The position numbers were made by a program, and so were the translations under genes. This document shows, one piece after another, positions 13,850 through 26,866 of a stretch of DNA of 64,000 bases. Each line of letters begins with the position of its first letter. Position 1 is the stretch's first letter. The notes beneath the pieces were generated by a model. The model saw only the letters and a list, made by a program, of their open reading frames with translations, had not been told where the DNA came from and did no database searches. Source of the stretch: Eledone cirrhosa (lineage: Eukaryota); the NCBI GenBank assembly GCA_964016885.1, contig OZ024743.1, forward strand, positions 157,976,001-158,040,000, read 5' to 3'.

Positions 13850-16170
13850 AACAAGAAAATCATAAAATATGGAGATTTGAGAATAGATGAAGCATATGAA
13901 AGCAATACAAAAGCCACCTCAATGAGGGAAGACAAGCCTCTCTAAGCTTCTTTAAAGCAAGCCTGTCTAGTGTAGTACTTGAATATACACCCCTTGCCAG
14001 TAAAGAAAAATGTAATTTATATGTGCAAAATATCTAAACCCGCTAAATCATACTGCATCCTCCAGCATATGGGTTACCAAGGAACATGTCCTGCAGCGGT
14101 GCAACAGACTTGAATCCAAAAGTTGGCAACTGAACTAACTGTTCAATAAGTCACCAGAACATCCTTAACCTTGGACCAGTAGAACAAACACTAACAAACA
14201 CTCAAAATGAGAAAACAAAACAAAAATGGACTAGGGAGAAATATAAACAGGTTATGACAGTATTCTATACTGCATTAAACAAACTCCAATCAAATGTTAC
14301 AAAACACACACTGAATGGAGGAAACTAGTCATCGAAAATACCTGCCTGTACATAAATGTAAATAAACTAGATAACACACATAGATACATTGTAAAAGAAA
14401 ACAAATTGATATTGATTGAAGTAGAACAGATAAGAGTTACAATGTAATAACTAATAAGAAAGAGCCAGAAATACCAATACAGCCTCTCAACATCAGAACA
14501 CTAACAGTAACAATTAATAACATGTCAGAAGAAGTCAACAAGACGATTGACGAAATCAGACAAGAATAGAAATGTTGGTGAAGAACAACTTAGGGAACCA
14601 GCTGCTAAGGATAGTGAAAATGATAACAAGATTCTAAAAGGCAATGCACAAGATACTGCAGAAGCTAAAGAAGATATTGACAGAGAAGTAAGTAAACCTT
14701 ATGCACCAAAATGAAGGGTAGAGACAAACTACCTAAGTTTCAGAACAACAAAAAGAATATTCATAAGATAAAAAATCTACAATGCTGTAATGAAGGAGAT
14801 TTTAGCAGAAGTTGAAAACAATCTAACCTCTCTTAACAACATCATATACTCTACAGCTAAAGCTATAAGCTGCAAAATTGGTCTTAAAATTAAGAAAAAG
14901 AAAACCAGACATGTTCATAAGCAACCAAAATGGAAAGAAAAAGAACATAAATTGATAACCTGGGGGTGAAATACCAATAGTGAATGTAAAGACTAGAAAA
15001 GCAAGAAAAGTTAAAAGAAAGTATAAAATCACAGAAGAAGATAATCTATTGAACACCAAAGAGACTCTGAAACAATGTATACAGGGGGTTAGATGATACA
15101 ATAAGAAAGGCAAGTTTTACAAACAAAACAAGATCTTTCAAACTGATGCAGAGAAATTTTGCCAGGAAATAGGGAAGCACCCAGTTGAGATTAAGGAACC
15201 ACTTAACATGAATGAGGTTCAACAATTCTGGGGAAATGTATGGAGCAATGAAAAATAATATAATAAAGCTGAATGGATTAATAGAAAAATAGACAGAATG
15301 AGAGATATTAACCATCAGGAATTGCAAGAAATGGAGCTGTGAGAGCTAGGGCTGGCACTTAGTAAAGCACATAAATGGAAATCATCTGGGATAGACCAAA
15401 TTCCTAACTGTTGGCTATATGTACTTGCCTGATGAAATTATGTCTATAATACAAAACCCAAAATAGTTGGCAGAAGGCCCAACATACCTTCTCCCCAAAA
15501 CAGCTAAAACAAAAAACTTGAAAAACTATCGGCCAATAACTTGTTTCACTATGACATACAAAATCCTGACATCTATAGTAACTGAGCAGAACTCATATGG
15601 GTATAAAGACCAACTATCAATTAATAAGATTATTCTAGAAAACTGCCAGTCTAAAAAGAAAAATCTAAGCACTGTTTGGATTGATTATAGAAAAGCCAAT
15701 GACAATGTACATGTTGGAAGCCCTAGAAATTTAGAAAATATCTCCCAAAATATCTAACATTTTATGAGTCAACTTGATAAAATAGAGTACAACCCTCTTT
15801 TTAAACCATAACAAAAGTATCATAAAGTCAGATAAACTTAAAATTAATTTCAGAATATTTCAAGGTGACTCTCTCTCCCCTCTCCTGTTTTGCCTTGCTC
15901 TCTTTTCAATATTAAGTGAGCCTAACAATATGAGATACGGGTATAAGATGACCAGCAACAATGAGGTCATTAACCATTTGTTTTTTTATGGACGACCTCA
16001 AATTGTATGCTAAAATTTACCAAGACTTTTAACAACTGTGAAACAATTTAGCAGTGACATGAGCATGGAATTTGGCCATAACAAATGTGCCAAACCAACA
16101 TTTAAAAAGGAAAGCAAACAAAAATATCATGTTAAACTTGATATAGATACAACCATACAGGAGTTAGCCA
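13850..16170 (+). mobile_element. Decayed R4/Dong-like non-LTR retrotransposon (RT region)
   Basis: NYRPITC..TYKILT, WIDYRKA, IFQGDSLSPLLF, MDDLKLYAK, MEFGHNKCA, with many stops and frameshifts. Confidence 0.75.
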
Positions 16171-16879
16171 CTGAAAACTGTCAAAACCAACGATACCTAC
16201 CCTAAGTATCTGGTTGATACTCAGCAGTCATTGCATATAAAGTGAAATCAAAGGAAAAAATACCAAACAATAATAATATTAAAATTATGACAAATTGATA
16301 AATTACAAAACATTTTTCATATTTACAAAAGATTAAGCAAAATACTGAAACATTTGAGATAAGAAATTTCCATTATAAACTTGAAATAGACTTTTTGTTT
16401 TAAAAACAATGCACACGTCAGTGTAAATTGATTATAATTTCTAAACAATACATACCATGAATAATTTGGAGAACAAATATAACTTCAAAACTGGAGAATT
16501 ATTCTCTTTGTTGATACCTACTTTTGTTGTTTGATTTGTTTTGTTGTTATTTATTTTTTAGTTTTAGTTTTCTCTTTCCCCATAATCCTTTCTAGATTGT
16601 TTTCTTGACAGTTTTATCAAATTTAGTTAAGATTTCTTGTAGAAAAATAAAAGGCTCTACGAAGTTCATTCTTATAATATTAGATTAAATTGCATTTATG
16701 TGATTTCTACAAAATTATTTGATTCTCTCTTTAGCCAAATGTCTCATGTGTACATAGCAGTTGTAATATGCTTTTCAAAATTTACTTCAAAATATTGATA
16801 AGGTTTTTGGCCTGAAGAATTTTCAAGGCATTAATCATAAGATTTGTTGCAAAATTAGTACATGAACCAGAGAGTACAT

Positions 16880-18240
16880 TTAAACAAATAAGACAATGGA
16901 TTAGTTTGTCCTGAAGGTGTATTGACACCAACTTGCATCTCCTCTTGCTAATCTGGGGAGGAACTCACTGGATGCTGGCTATATCCCTGAAAACTTTCTG
17001 TCCCAGTCTGTCATCCTAGTTTTCAAAGAGGAAAACAAGTCCCTTGCAGTGAATTACCGTCTGATCTAACTCACCTTTCTTATCATTAATGTATTTGAGA
17101 GGGTGGTGAGATTACGAATGACTCACTTTCTTGAAAGCAACAATCTGCTGAATTCCAATAAGCATGGTTCCTTAATGGCATTGACTGCCTAATGCAATTT
17201 GATGACATTTTAAGTGCTTTGGAAGAGGGCTCTAATAGTGATGTCATATACCTTGATTTCAGCAAGGCCTTAGACATGGTTGATCACAACATCTTGTTGC
17301 AAAAACTATCCAGTATTGGTGTCTTTGGAAAGTTGCTGCAATGGATGAAGTGTTTCCTAACAAACAGAGGCCAACATGTTGTGGTTGAAGGAGTACAATG
17401 AGGGTCAACCAAAGTCAGTAATGGCCTCCCACAAGGCACTGTAATCAGCCCATATCTCTTCAATAATTATATCAATGACATTATTGACATCAACAAGCAC
17501 AGCAACATAAAAATGTTTGCAGATGATTCCAAGCTCTAGAAGGTTATCAATGGAGTGGGAGACCAGGCATGACTTCAATCAGATCTACTTACTGTTATCC
17601 AATTGACAGAAAAAAACAATATGCTACTAAATGAGGATAAATTTGAACTAATCTTCTTTGGAAAATAGGTTGCACTGAAACTATCATACTGTCTTCCCTC
17701 AGGTGAAACCCTTGTGGCAGCCAACAACATCAGAGACCTGAGAGTAATTGTTGGTAACAACCTAAGCTGGGCTACTCATAAAAACAACAAAGTTGACATG
17801 ACTTGCAGAATGTGTTCGTGGATTCTCAGAACTTTCTAGTCGAGAGATATCCACACTATTATCCTTCCCTTCTCTACTTTTGCCTGGCCCCACCTTGAAT
17901 ATTGTTGTCCATTGTGGTCTCCTCACATGAAACAAAGTATTATGAAAATTGAAGTACCTCAAAGGTCAATTACAAAAAATATAGACAACATGACAGGCCT
18001 TGACTATTTGGAGGCGACAAGAAAACTTCAAACTCTACTCTCTCCAACGCCACTGTGAGTGCTATATTATCTGCATGATGTGGAAAATATTCAATCAACA
18101 TTGTCCAAATGATGTTGGCATCATTTTTAAAATACACCCAAGGCTTGGACCCTATGCTATCCATCCACAACAAAAATCAAACTCACATCTCATAAAAACA
18201 TTACGGTACAATTGTTTCACCTCAACTGGTCCTGCACATT
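16880..18240 (+). mobile_element. Decayed CR1-like LINE RT fragment
   Basis: YLDFSKALDMVDH, PQGTVISP, FADDSK, PHLEYCCPLWSP, LYSLQR. Confidence 0.8.
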
Positions 18241-18329
18241 TTTATACAGCTGTCATCTTTCATACACATCACATGTCCATACCACTGTAATCTTCTCTCC
18301 AGCACACTGCATCTGATCACTCTTATGGC

Positions 18330-18552
18330 TGGGTGAAGAAGTGCCAGGAAATCGCAGTGGAAGGAAGCTGCAGTAGATGTAGACCAAAACAACCTGGACA
18401 GAAGTGGTGGGAGATGACCTCAAATCGCTGAGACTCACGCGGGAAATGACGAAGGAGCGTGACAAGTGGAGAGATGGTGTGCTGAGAAGGACCCATCCAA
18501 ACCATGCAAGCGGGGAAAAACAGACGGATGTAAAAGTGATGATGATAATGAT
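18330..18552 (+). mobile_element. RTE LINE 3' fragment (short-tail type)
   Basis: Similar to 57785-58010, with a (GAT)n tail. Confidence 0.8.
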
Positions 18553-18592
18553 ATATATATATATATGCGTGTGCATGTGTATGTATGTATGC

Positions 18593-18641
<49 letters not shown>

Positions 18642-19159
18642 AACATACATACACAGACCAGACTGTTTTTTCCCTCCTTCAGCATGTTAATACAACAATG
18701 AACTAATTCTTGATTCATTACAATTATCTCCTTTTTTTCCTTCAGAGTTGCTAACAACATCCACTAGGTCTTTGTGTGCTTTCTTTGTCTGACAGAATAG
18801 TTTCAATAAATTATTAATTCATCAAACAGCATTCAGTACACACACTTTTAACATAAAATCATGAAATGCCACAAAAAACAAAATATATATGTAACACTAG
18901 ATAACCATAGCGATAATTACATCTTGAGAAGGAAATAATTATAATGAACGCAAATAGAAAGAGTTAAGTTTTATCTATATTCACTTACATAAATAGAAAA
19001 ATTTTGTTTAGAGATATAAAAATAACAAATTTTGTTTAGAGATATAAAAATAACAAAAGAAATTACAGGATATGTTTGCAATATCACATTATATCAGATA
19101 GGTGGAAAATGTGAATACTTATCTCAAAAAACCCCACTAGTTGAAGGAAAGCAATAATA

Positions 19160-19430
19160 CTCATCATCATCGTTTAATGTCTATCTTCCACGCTAGCATG
19201 GATTAGACTCATTTGTCCCATTTAGAAGCAAGTTGGGTCAGGTGACCATGTCTCGCTCATATAGGACTGTTTCTGGTTGGTTTTCTACAGGTGGATGCCC
19301 TTCCTAGCACCAACCACATTTACAGTGTATACTGGGTGCTTTTTGCCATGTCTTTTACATAACCATTTTACAGTGTGGGCTGGGTGCTTTTTATCGTGAC
19401 AACTACACGACCACTTTACAGTGGAAGTTT
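19160..19430 (-). mobile_element. RTE long-3'UTR fragment; similar pieces at ~19920-20195, 44805-44990 and 62175-62530
   Basis: Shares ttccacgctagcatg and ggatgcccttcct with 47480-47850. Confidence 0.7.
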
Positions 19431-19467
19431 TGTGGAGCCGATATAACATACACACACACACACATAT

Positions 19468-19802
19468 ATCATCATCATCATTTCATTTTACGTCCGCTTT
19501 TTCCCTGCTTGCAAGGGTGGGACGGGAACTGATTCTGGCTTGATTTCTACAGCTGGATGCTCTTCCTAACACCAAACTCATTTACAGTGAGTGCTGGGTG
19601 CTTTTTTGCCGTGGCACCTCCACGACCATTTTGCAGTGGAATGATATGGACCCCAATCCCTATCATCTCATTTCTACAGCTGAGTAAACTGGAGCAATGT
19701 GAAATAAAGTGTCTTGCTCAAGGAAACAACACATCACCCAGTCTGAGAATTGAACTCACAACCTTTCGATTGCAAGGCCAATGCTCTAACCACTAAGCCA
19801 TG

Positions 19803-19806
<4 letters not shown>
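19468..19806 (-). mobile_element. tRNA-derived SINE family 1 with RTE tail
   Basis: Reverse complement of 30669-31025, with A/B boxes and a (GAT)n tail. Confidence 0.88.
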
Positions 19807-19849
<43 letters not shown>

Positions 19850-20200
19850 TACACATATGGTGTATATATACACACACACATGGTCTATATATACATATTT
19901 GTGTGTATATACACATATGATCATCACCTCCATCTTACGTCCATTTTCCACGCTAGCATGGGTTAGACGGGTTGTCTTGTTGTGGGCAATCCTAGGTTAG
20001 GTGACCATGTCTTGCTCATACCGGTCTGGTTCTGGCTTCATTTCTGCAGCTGGATGCCCTTCCTAACGTCAACCTCAATTTACAATGAGTAGTGGGTGCT
20101 TTTTGTCGTGACACCTACACAACCACTTTACAGAGTGGGCTGAGCACTTTTTGCTATGTCACCCTCATGACCATTTTATAGCGTGGGCTAGGGGACTTCA

Positions 20201-20277
20201 TTGGATGCATTTACTATCAAAATGCTTCAAGTCTTTCTTGGATGCATTTACTATCAAAATGCTTCAAGTCTTTCTTG
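20201..20277. repeat. 37-bp tandem duplication
   Basis: ttggatgcatttactatcaaaatgcttcaagtctttc occurs twice in tandem. Confidence 0.9.
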
Positions 20278-20909
20278 TGCCTAGATTCCAATTGGTCAGA
20301 GCTTATCCTGGTTTGATGTGGCATTAAGTGACTGAGAATACAAGACTACCTTTTGGATGAGAAGCCAGTGCATAGCAAGGTTAACAACTAGTTTCTGCTG
20401 ATGCTGGTACATATTTTTAACTGAGTTGACTGGAATAAAGTGAAATGAAGTGCCTTACTGAAAGACACAATGCATTGAACCTACAACCTTATGATCATGA
20501 GACAAACACCCTAACCATAAGGCCACATGCCTTCTTGAAATATTTTTTAAATGGCAGCATGGAATGGTTAAGTTAAAGACAATTACTTTTTGGAGTAGGG
20601 TGGGACAAAAAAGAAATCATAACACATTGATGGATTAAGGCAGTAAGGAAGAAGTGTATCAAGATATGAATTTATGTTCAGATCAGAAGCCTGGTCTATT
20701 TTTATAATTCTATTAAAAGCACTCAAAGGCTTAGTGCTGAAACAGGACAACAGATTAAGTCTACCAACCAATAAGATACCAATGTGGTTGCTCAACCTGC
20801 TATAATTACCACCCAAATCTTGATCAAATCAAACCCTATTGCTTGAAACAAGGAAGGACAAATTGAATAATATACTCCTAAAAAGGTGGGATGCTTTTGG
20901 CTAAGATTA

Positions 20910-21045
20910 TTACGTCCCTTTACGATCTGAGTTCAAATCCCGCCAAGGTTGACTTTGCCTTTCATCCTTACGGGGTCGATAAAATAAAGTACCAGTAATA
21001 CACTAGGTAATTGCTGGCCTTGTGCCTAAAGTAGAAACAATTATT
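20910..21045 (+). mobile_element. SINE family 2, 5'-truncated
   Basis: gagttcaaatcc B box, ...gtcgataaaataaagtaccag...gtagaaacaatt. Confidence 0.85.
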
Positions 21046-21137
21046 TTAATTATAGGTTTGATCAATGAAGGTTGAATTAAAACAGTTGTTTTTAAAAAGT
21101 TGTAAACCATTAATAATGAAACTCATCACTCATTTAC

Positions 21138-21263
21138 CTGTGCCCGGTGTATCAGCAGTGATTGTATTTGTTTCCTTATCATCACTAGAAGCTGGTGTTG
21201 TCCCATCAGGGTCGGAGGCTAACTCAGAATCTGAAGATGGTGGGAGTTCATCATTTGCAGAGC
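21138..21263 (-). CDS. OS9: OS-9 exon, S/D/T/P-rich, 126 bp, phase 1-1
   Basis: attcag acceptor, SSANDELPPSSDSELASDPDGTTPASSDDKETNTITADTPGT, gtaaat donor. GC-elevated unique island. Confidence 0.82.
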
Positions 21264-21689
21264 CTGAATGAGGTTTAAAATTTGAAAACAATAAAAATGA
21301 AATGGATTAAACTAAAAAATTAATACACATTGCATTAATGAAAAATGTATGCATTCATATAGATGACACATGTGATCAGCTGAAATTGTTGACAGAGCAC
21401 ATCCTCTCAATTCTATAGTTTTCTTCCTCATATTTAAAATACAACTGTTTTTACTCTGTATGGTATAACTAAAAATAAATTAAGCTTTAGAAGTGGAATA
21501 AACATTGTATTTCCATGAATGTGGCACAAACAAATCCAAGTTATGCAACAAAACTTATATTTGGTTCTAATATAGGCACAAGATTGCAAACTGGGGATGA
21601 GGATCATTCAATTAAATAAACCCAATATATTATTCATACTTTCTTATCAAGCTCGAAAATAAGAAAGGTAAAAATCAACTCTAATAATA

Positions 21690-22360
21690 TAATGAACTAA
21701 AACTGAGAACATTAAATTAGATCCAGATGGTGGAATCAGCGAATTAGAATGGAATGACAAACAAGCACAAATTCCTAGGACTAGATGAAACTAATATGAT
21801 ACGACACATAGAAATGAAGGACAAAATTAGAAAACAGTACTACCAAAGAGTCAGACCAATATTGAAAACTAAATTCAATATTAGATAAAGATAATATGCA
21901 TTACTACACTAACCATCTCATTCATAAACTGCAGCTTCAACATAAACTAGAAGTTAAATGAACTTAAGAGGTGAGAAATACCAGCAAACAATTAATAATT
22001 GTTTCTACTTTTGGCACAAGGCCACCTATTATCCCAGTACATTACTGGTACTTTTATTTTATCGACCACATAAGGATGAAAGGCAAAGTTAACCTCAGCG
22101 AGATTTGAACTCAGTTCGTAAAGGGGCGTAACTATGCTGGAAAGCATGGCGTCGAACCCTCTACCGATACTACCAATCCACCGCAAACAATTAATAATGT
22201 TACTAAGTCATTACCCAAGAGCTGATATAAATGGAATATATGTTACTCCACACATAATGAGGATGGGGTCCGATAGAATTAAAAAAACTAAAGTAACAAC
22301 AGTAACACTAAAAGAATACTTGAAAGAAATCAAAGAGAAACTGACTAATGTAATAAGGGA
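21690..22360 (+). mobile_element. Decayed R4/Dong-like fragment interrupted by a SINE
   Basis: KFLGLDE...MKDKIRKQYYQRVRPILKT and HYPRADINGIY are typical post-RT segments. Confidence 0.5.
21995..22185 (-). mobile_element. SINE family 2, full length, with TSD
   Basis: Flanked by gcaaacaattaataat direct repeats. Confidence 0.88.
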
Positions 22361-23456
22361 ATGAAAAACAATGCGCTTTCTATATAAGGAAACAACAATA
22401 TAACAATATTGAAAAGTTGTCTACATTGAAGCAAAAGATTTATGAGATTATAGTGAAAAGTAACCATGACAGAGAAAGATCAAGGAAGGTATAGAAAGAA
22501 GTAATAAAATAAAATCTCAGGATTCTGGTCCTCACAAATGAGATGATGCAGAGTTGAAAGGAGTGATAATATGTGATACTGTGGAGCTGTTCAATTCAAG
22601 ACATCATCAAGAGACAAATGTTGAAAAATTAACAATATGTTTGAGCAAATTTATGGCATTGAGATGACTTACCAAAACCTTCAAATGTTACATACTGATC
22701 CAGAGTGCATTCATTCTGATCACTTAAATTTGGTTGAAAAGTAATGCATGTGAGATGATTCAAAGTCATCATCAGGTTTAGCAATCTACAACTCTTAACA
22801 CCTCAGCTTATAAGAACACCTCTACACTGTTGCTTAGCCTACTAAAAATAGTAGCAAATATCCCTCAAATACTACCTTAACCATCTTCAAAGGAAAGATA
22901 TACAGGATAATATAATCCGAGATACAGTGTGCCTGAATAAAAGGTGGAATGGTCACAACTGGAATACATTTGATCATGGATTTGATTAGTCAAAATAATA
23001 ACAACTTAATCACTGTTTCTCAAAGAGAAATACAGTCAAAACAGACACGTGTCTTTAGGCAAAAACAAAAAGAAAGATGAACTATGTTTAATTTGATGAT
23101 GGGAATGTGGCAGTGATGGTAAGGGAGTAATAGCAGCAATGGCAGTTGTAGAGGTAATGGTAATAACATAAAACTAGTGTGCCAAAAATTAGATGTAAAA
23201 TGTGATAAAGTCAGAGAGACTTGATTAGTAAAATAAATATTGGTTAGATGGATGATTGCAAAAGCAAAGATTTGTCGAAGAACCAATGTAACATTTTTAG
23301 ATTTTTGTCCAAAGGGAAAGTGCAGTACCCATAGCATTTCTACATTCCCTTTAAGTTTCGTAAGAAACATACAGTTTAGAGGCATAGTTTAACTTAAATT
23401 TATTAAAGGATTACTATAACTGGCATTTATGAAAATAAAATGTTCATGCAGTTGTT

Positions 23457-23522
23457 CGATAAAATAAAGTACCAGTAATGTACTGGATAATTGCTGGCCT
23501 TGTGCCAAAAGTAGAAACAGTT
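23457..23522 (+). mobile_element. 66-bp 3' fragment of SINE family 2, present only in the left duplicate
   Basis: Absent at the equivalent site 25506/25507. Confidence 0.85.
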
Positions 23523-23800
23523 ATTTATTTAGCAATCATAATAGGATCTGGCTGAATTAGTGTACAAGTAATTCATTATCTAGATTAGTAAAGTGAAAGT
23601 TGACAAGAAAATGCATTTAATCTTAGAAGGATTAACTAAAGATCGACATGGGAAAATAGAGAGAAGCATTAAACTGAGGAATAGTGAAACTGGTATGAGT
23701 AAAACAGATATTAGTTAAGCAGAAACACAAAGTAACATCAAAAGTGATGATTAGTAAAGACCAAAGTTATTCATCATAACAAAGAAAATGCATTCCTTAC

Positions 23801-23953
23801 TTGTGCTAGTTAAAGGGTATTTATGTAGATTATCTGTTTCTGTAGAGTGACTTTCTAGATCATCTTTATTATCAGATTCCATGAATAATTGTTCATTTAC
23901 ATTTTTCACATATTTCGAGTAAACTTTAATCATATTTTCAATTTTCTTCAGCT
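23801..23953 (-). CDS. OS9: OS-9 exon, 153 bp, phase 1-1, duplicate copy B
   Basis: Same splice sites as copy A. Encodes ...KNVNEQ...LHKYPLTST, three substitutions relative to copy A. Confidence 0.7.
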
Positions 23954-24037
23954 CTGGCAACAACAATAATATATCAAATGATATTTATTGGTTTGCTTTG
24001 ATATATACAGGTTTGATTAACAATATTAAAAAATATA

Positions 24038-24882
24038 TCCCTAAAAATGAAAGGCAGGCTGTATGATGCCTGCATCCGAACAGCAATGTTGCATGGCAGT
24101 GAGACCTGGGCATTGTGTGCAGAGGATATACGCAGACTAGAGAGGAACGAAGCTTGCATGCTCCGCTGGATGTGTAATAGTAATATACGCGAACGGCAAA
24201 GCATAAACGAACTGAGGGAAAAATTAGAAATAAGAGGGATCAGATGTTGTTTACTCGAGAGAAGGCTACGTTGGTATGGTCACGTGATGCGCATGAAAGA
24301 CGACAGCTGTATAAAAAAGTGCAGGGCAATAAAGATAGACGGTAGCCACGGAGTAGACAGACCCAGAAAAACCTGGGACGACCTGATAAATTCCAACCTC
24401 ACACTCTTACACCTCTCCAAGACAATGTCACTGGACCGAGATCTTTGGCGGTACTCAGTAATAGAGAAGACCCGCCTTACCTAAATACAAAGTAAAACCT
24501 ACTACAGTCAGTAGGCATCTCTAACAAAATACACCCCCGTCTCACCACCCCCACCTCATCCATACCACCCCTTTCAATGTAAAGTTATGTTGGTGCCACA
24601 ACATCCAGGCCGAAACAAATGAGATCGTGTAGGTGTCACAACAAAAAAAACACACAATCCACGCTGTAATGTGGCCGTGTAGGCAACACGGTAAAAACCT
24701 CCCAGTCCCACACTGTAAATGTGGTTGGTGTTAGGAAGGGCATCCAGCTGTAGAAAACCCGCCAGACAGTCCTATGCGAGCAAGACAACCACTCTTGCCT
24801 CAAGTGGGAAAACTCCCGACCAAACGCATGCAAGCGTGGAACATGGACGTTAAACGATGATGATGATGATGATGATGATGAT
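24038..24882 (+). mobile_element. 5'-truncated RTE LINE (long-3'UTR type)
   Basis: KGRLYDACIRTAMLHGSETW...RRLRWYGHVMRM, with a (GAT)9 tail. Confidence 0.9.
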
Positions 24883-25784
24883 ATATTATTTGATTTAAAT
24901 GTGTAGAGTAATGTTTAGAAATTAATAAGAACTACAGATCATCTATTGTGATTACTCATACTTTTTTGCCATAAAAGCAAATTGTCAGACCACATCATTT
25001 TTCGAATACGTACACCATATCCTTGTGTGTCATAAAAGATGATTAAAAATGTTAGCATCAAAAAGGGCATGAGACCATAAAACACTGCCTCAAAATGCCC
25101 CATCCACTATATGCCAGCGTAGAAAAAGCACATAAATTTTAGGTGGTTATTCCTAGTTTAATTCTTAGTTTAATAAGTTAAGTTTTGATAACAGAAAATT
25201 AAAAAAGAAATGAAAACTTGAGATCTATAAAAAAAAAATTAGATGTAAAATGTGATAAAGTCAGAGAGACTTGATTAGTAAAATAAATATTGGTTAGATG
25301 GATGATTGCAAAAGCAAAGATTTGTCGAAGAACCAATGTAACATTTTTAGATTTTTGTCCAAAGGGAAAGTGCAGTACCCATAGCATTTCTACATTCCCT
25401 TTAAGTTTCGTAAGAAACATACAGTTTAGAGGCATAGTTTAACTTAAATTTATTAAAGGATTACTATAACTGGCATTTATGAAAATAAAATGTTCATGCA
25501 GTTGTTATTTATTTAGCAATCATAATAGGATCTGGCTGAATTAGTGTACAAGTAATTCATTATCTAGATTAGTAAAGTGAAAGTTGACAAGAAAATGCAT
25601 TTAATCTTAGAAGGATTAACTAAAGATCGACATGGGAAAATAGAGAGAAGCATTAAACTGAGGAATAGTGAAACTGGTATGAGTAAAACAGATATTAGTT
25701 AAGCAGAAACACAAAGTAACATCAAAAGTGATGATTAGTAAAGACCAAAGTTATTCATCATAACAAAGAAAATGCATTCCTTAC

Positions 25785-25937
25785 TTGTGCCAGTTAAAGG
25801 GTCTTTATGTAGATTATCTGTTTCTGTAGAGTGACTTTCTAGATCATCTTTATTATCAGATTCCATGAATAATTGTTCATCTACATTTTTCACATATTTC
25901 GAGTAAACTTTAATCATATTTTCAATTTTCTTCAGCT
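25785..25937 (-). CDS. OS9: OS-9 exon, 153 bp, phase 1-1, duplicate copy A
   Basis: ttgccag acceptor, LKKIENMIKVYSKYVKNVDEQLFMESDNKDDLESHSTETDNLHKDPLTGT, gtaagg donor. Confidence 0.75.
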
Positions 25938-26021
25938 CTGGCAACAACAATAATATATCAAATGATATTTATTGGTTTGCTTTGATATATACAGGTTTGA
26001 TTAACAATATTAAAAAATATA

Positions 26022-26866
26022 TCCCTAAAAATGAAAGGCAGGCTGTATGATGCCTGCATACGAACAGCAATGTTGCATGGCAGTGAGACCTGGGCATTGT
26101 GTGCAGAGGATATACGCAGACTAGAGAGGAACGAAGCTTGCATGCTCCGCTGGATGTGTAATAGTAATATACGCGAACGGCAAAGCATAAACGAACTAAG
26201 GGAAAAATTAGAAATAAGAGGGATCAGATGTTGTTTACTCGAGAGAAGGCTACGTTGGTATGGTCACGTGATGCGCATGAAAGACGACAGCTGTATAAAA
26301 AAGTGCAGGGCAATAAAGATAGACGGTAGCCACAGAGTAGACAGACCCAGAAAAACCTGGGACGACCTGATAAATTCCAACCTCACACTCTTACACCTCT
26401 CCAAGACAATGTCACTGGACCGAGATCTTTGGCGGTACTCAGTAATAGAGAAGACCCGCCTTACCTAAATACAAAGTAAAACCTACTACAGTCAGTAGGC
26501 ATCTCTAACAAAATACACCCCCGTCTCACCACCCCCACCTCATCCACACCACCCCTTTCAATGTAAAGTTATGTTGGTGCCACAACATCCAGGCCGAAAC
26601 AAATGAGATCGTGTAGGTGTCACAACAAAAAAAACACACAGTCCACGCTGTAATGTGGCCGTGTAGGCAACACGGTAAAAACCTCCCAGTCCCACACTGT
26701 AAATGTGGTTGGTGTTAGGAAGGGCATCCAGCTGTAGAAAACCCGCCAGACAGTCCTATGCGAGCAAGACAACCACTCTTGCCTCAAGTGGGAAAACTCC
26801 CGACCAAACGCATGCAAGCGTGGAACATGGACGTTAAACGATGATGATGATGATGATGATGATGAT
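26022..26866 (+). mobile_element. Duplicate of the RTE fragment at 24038
   Basis: Same sequence at an offset of 1984. Confidence 0.9.
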
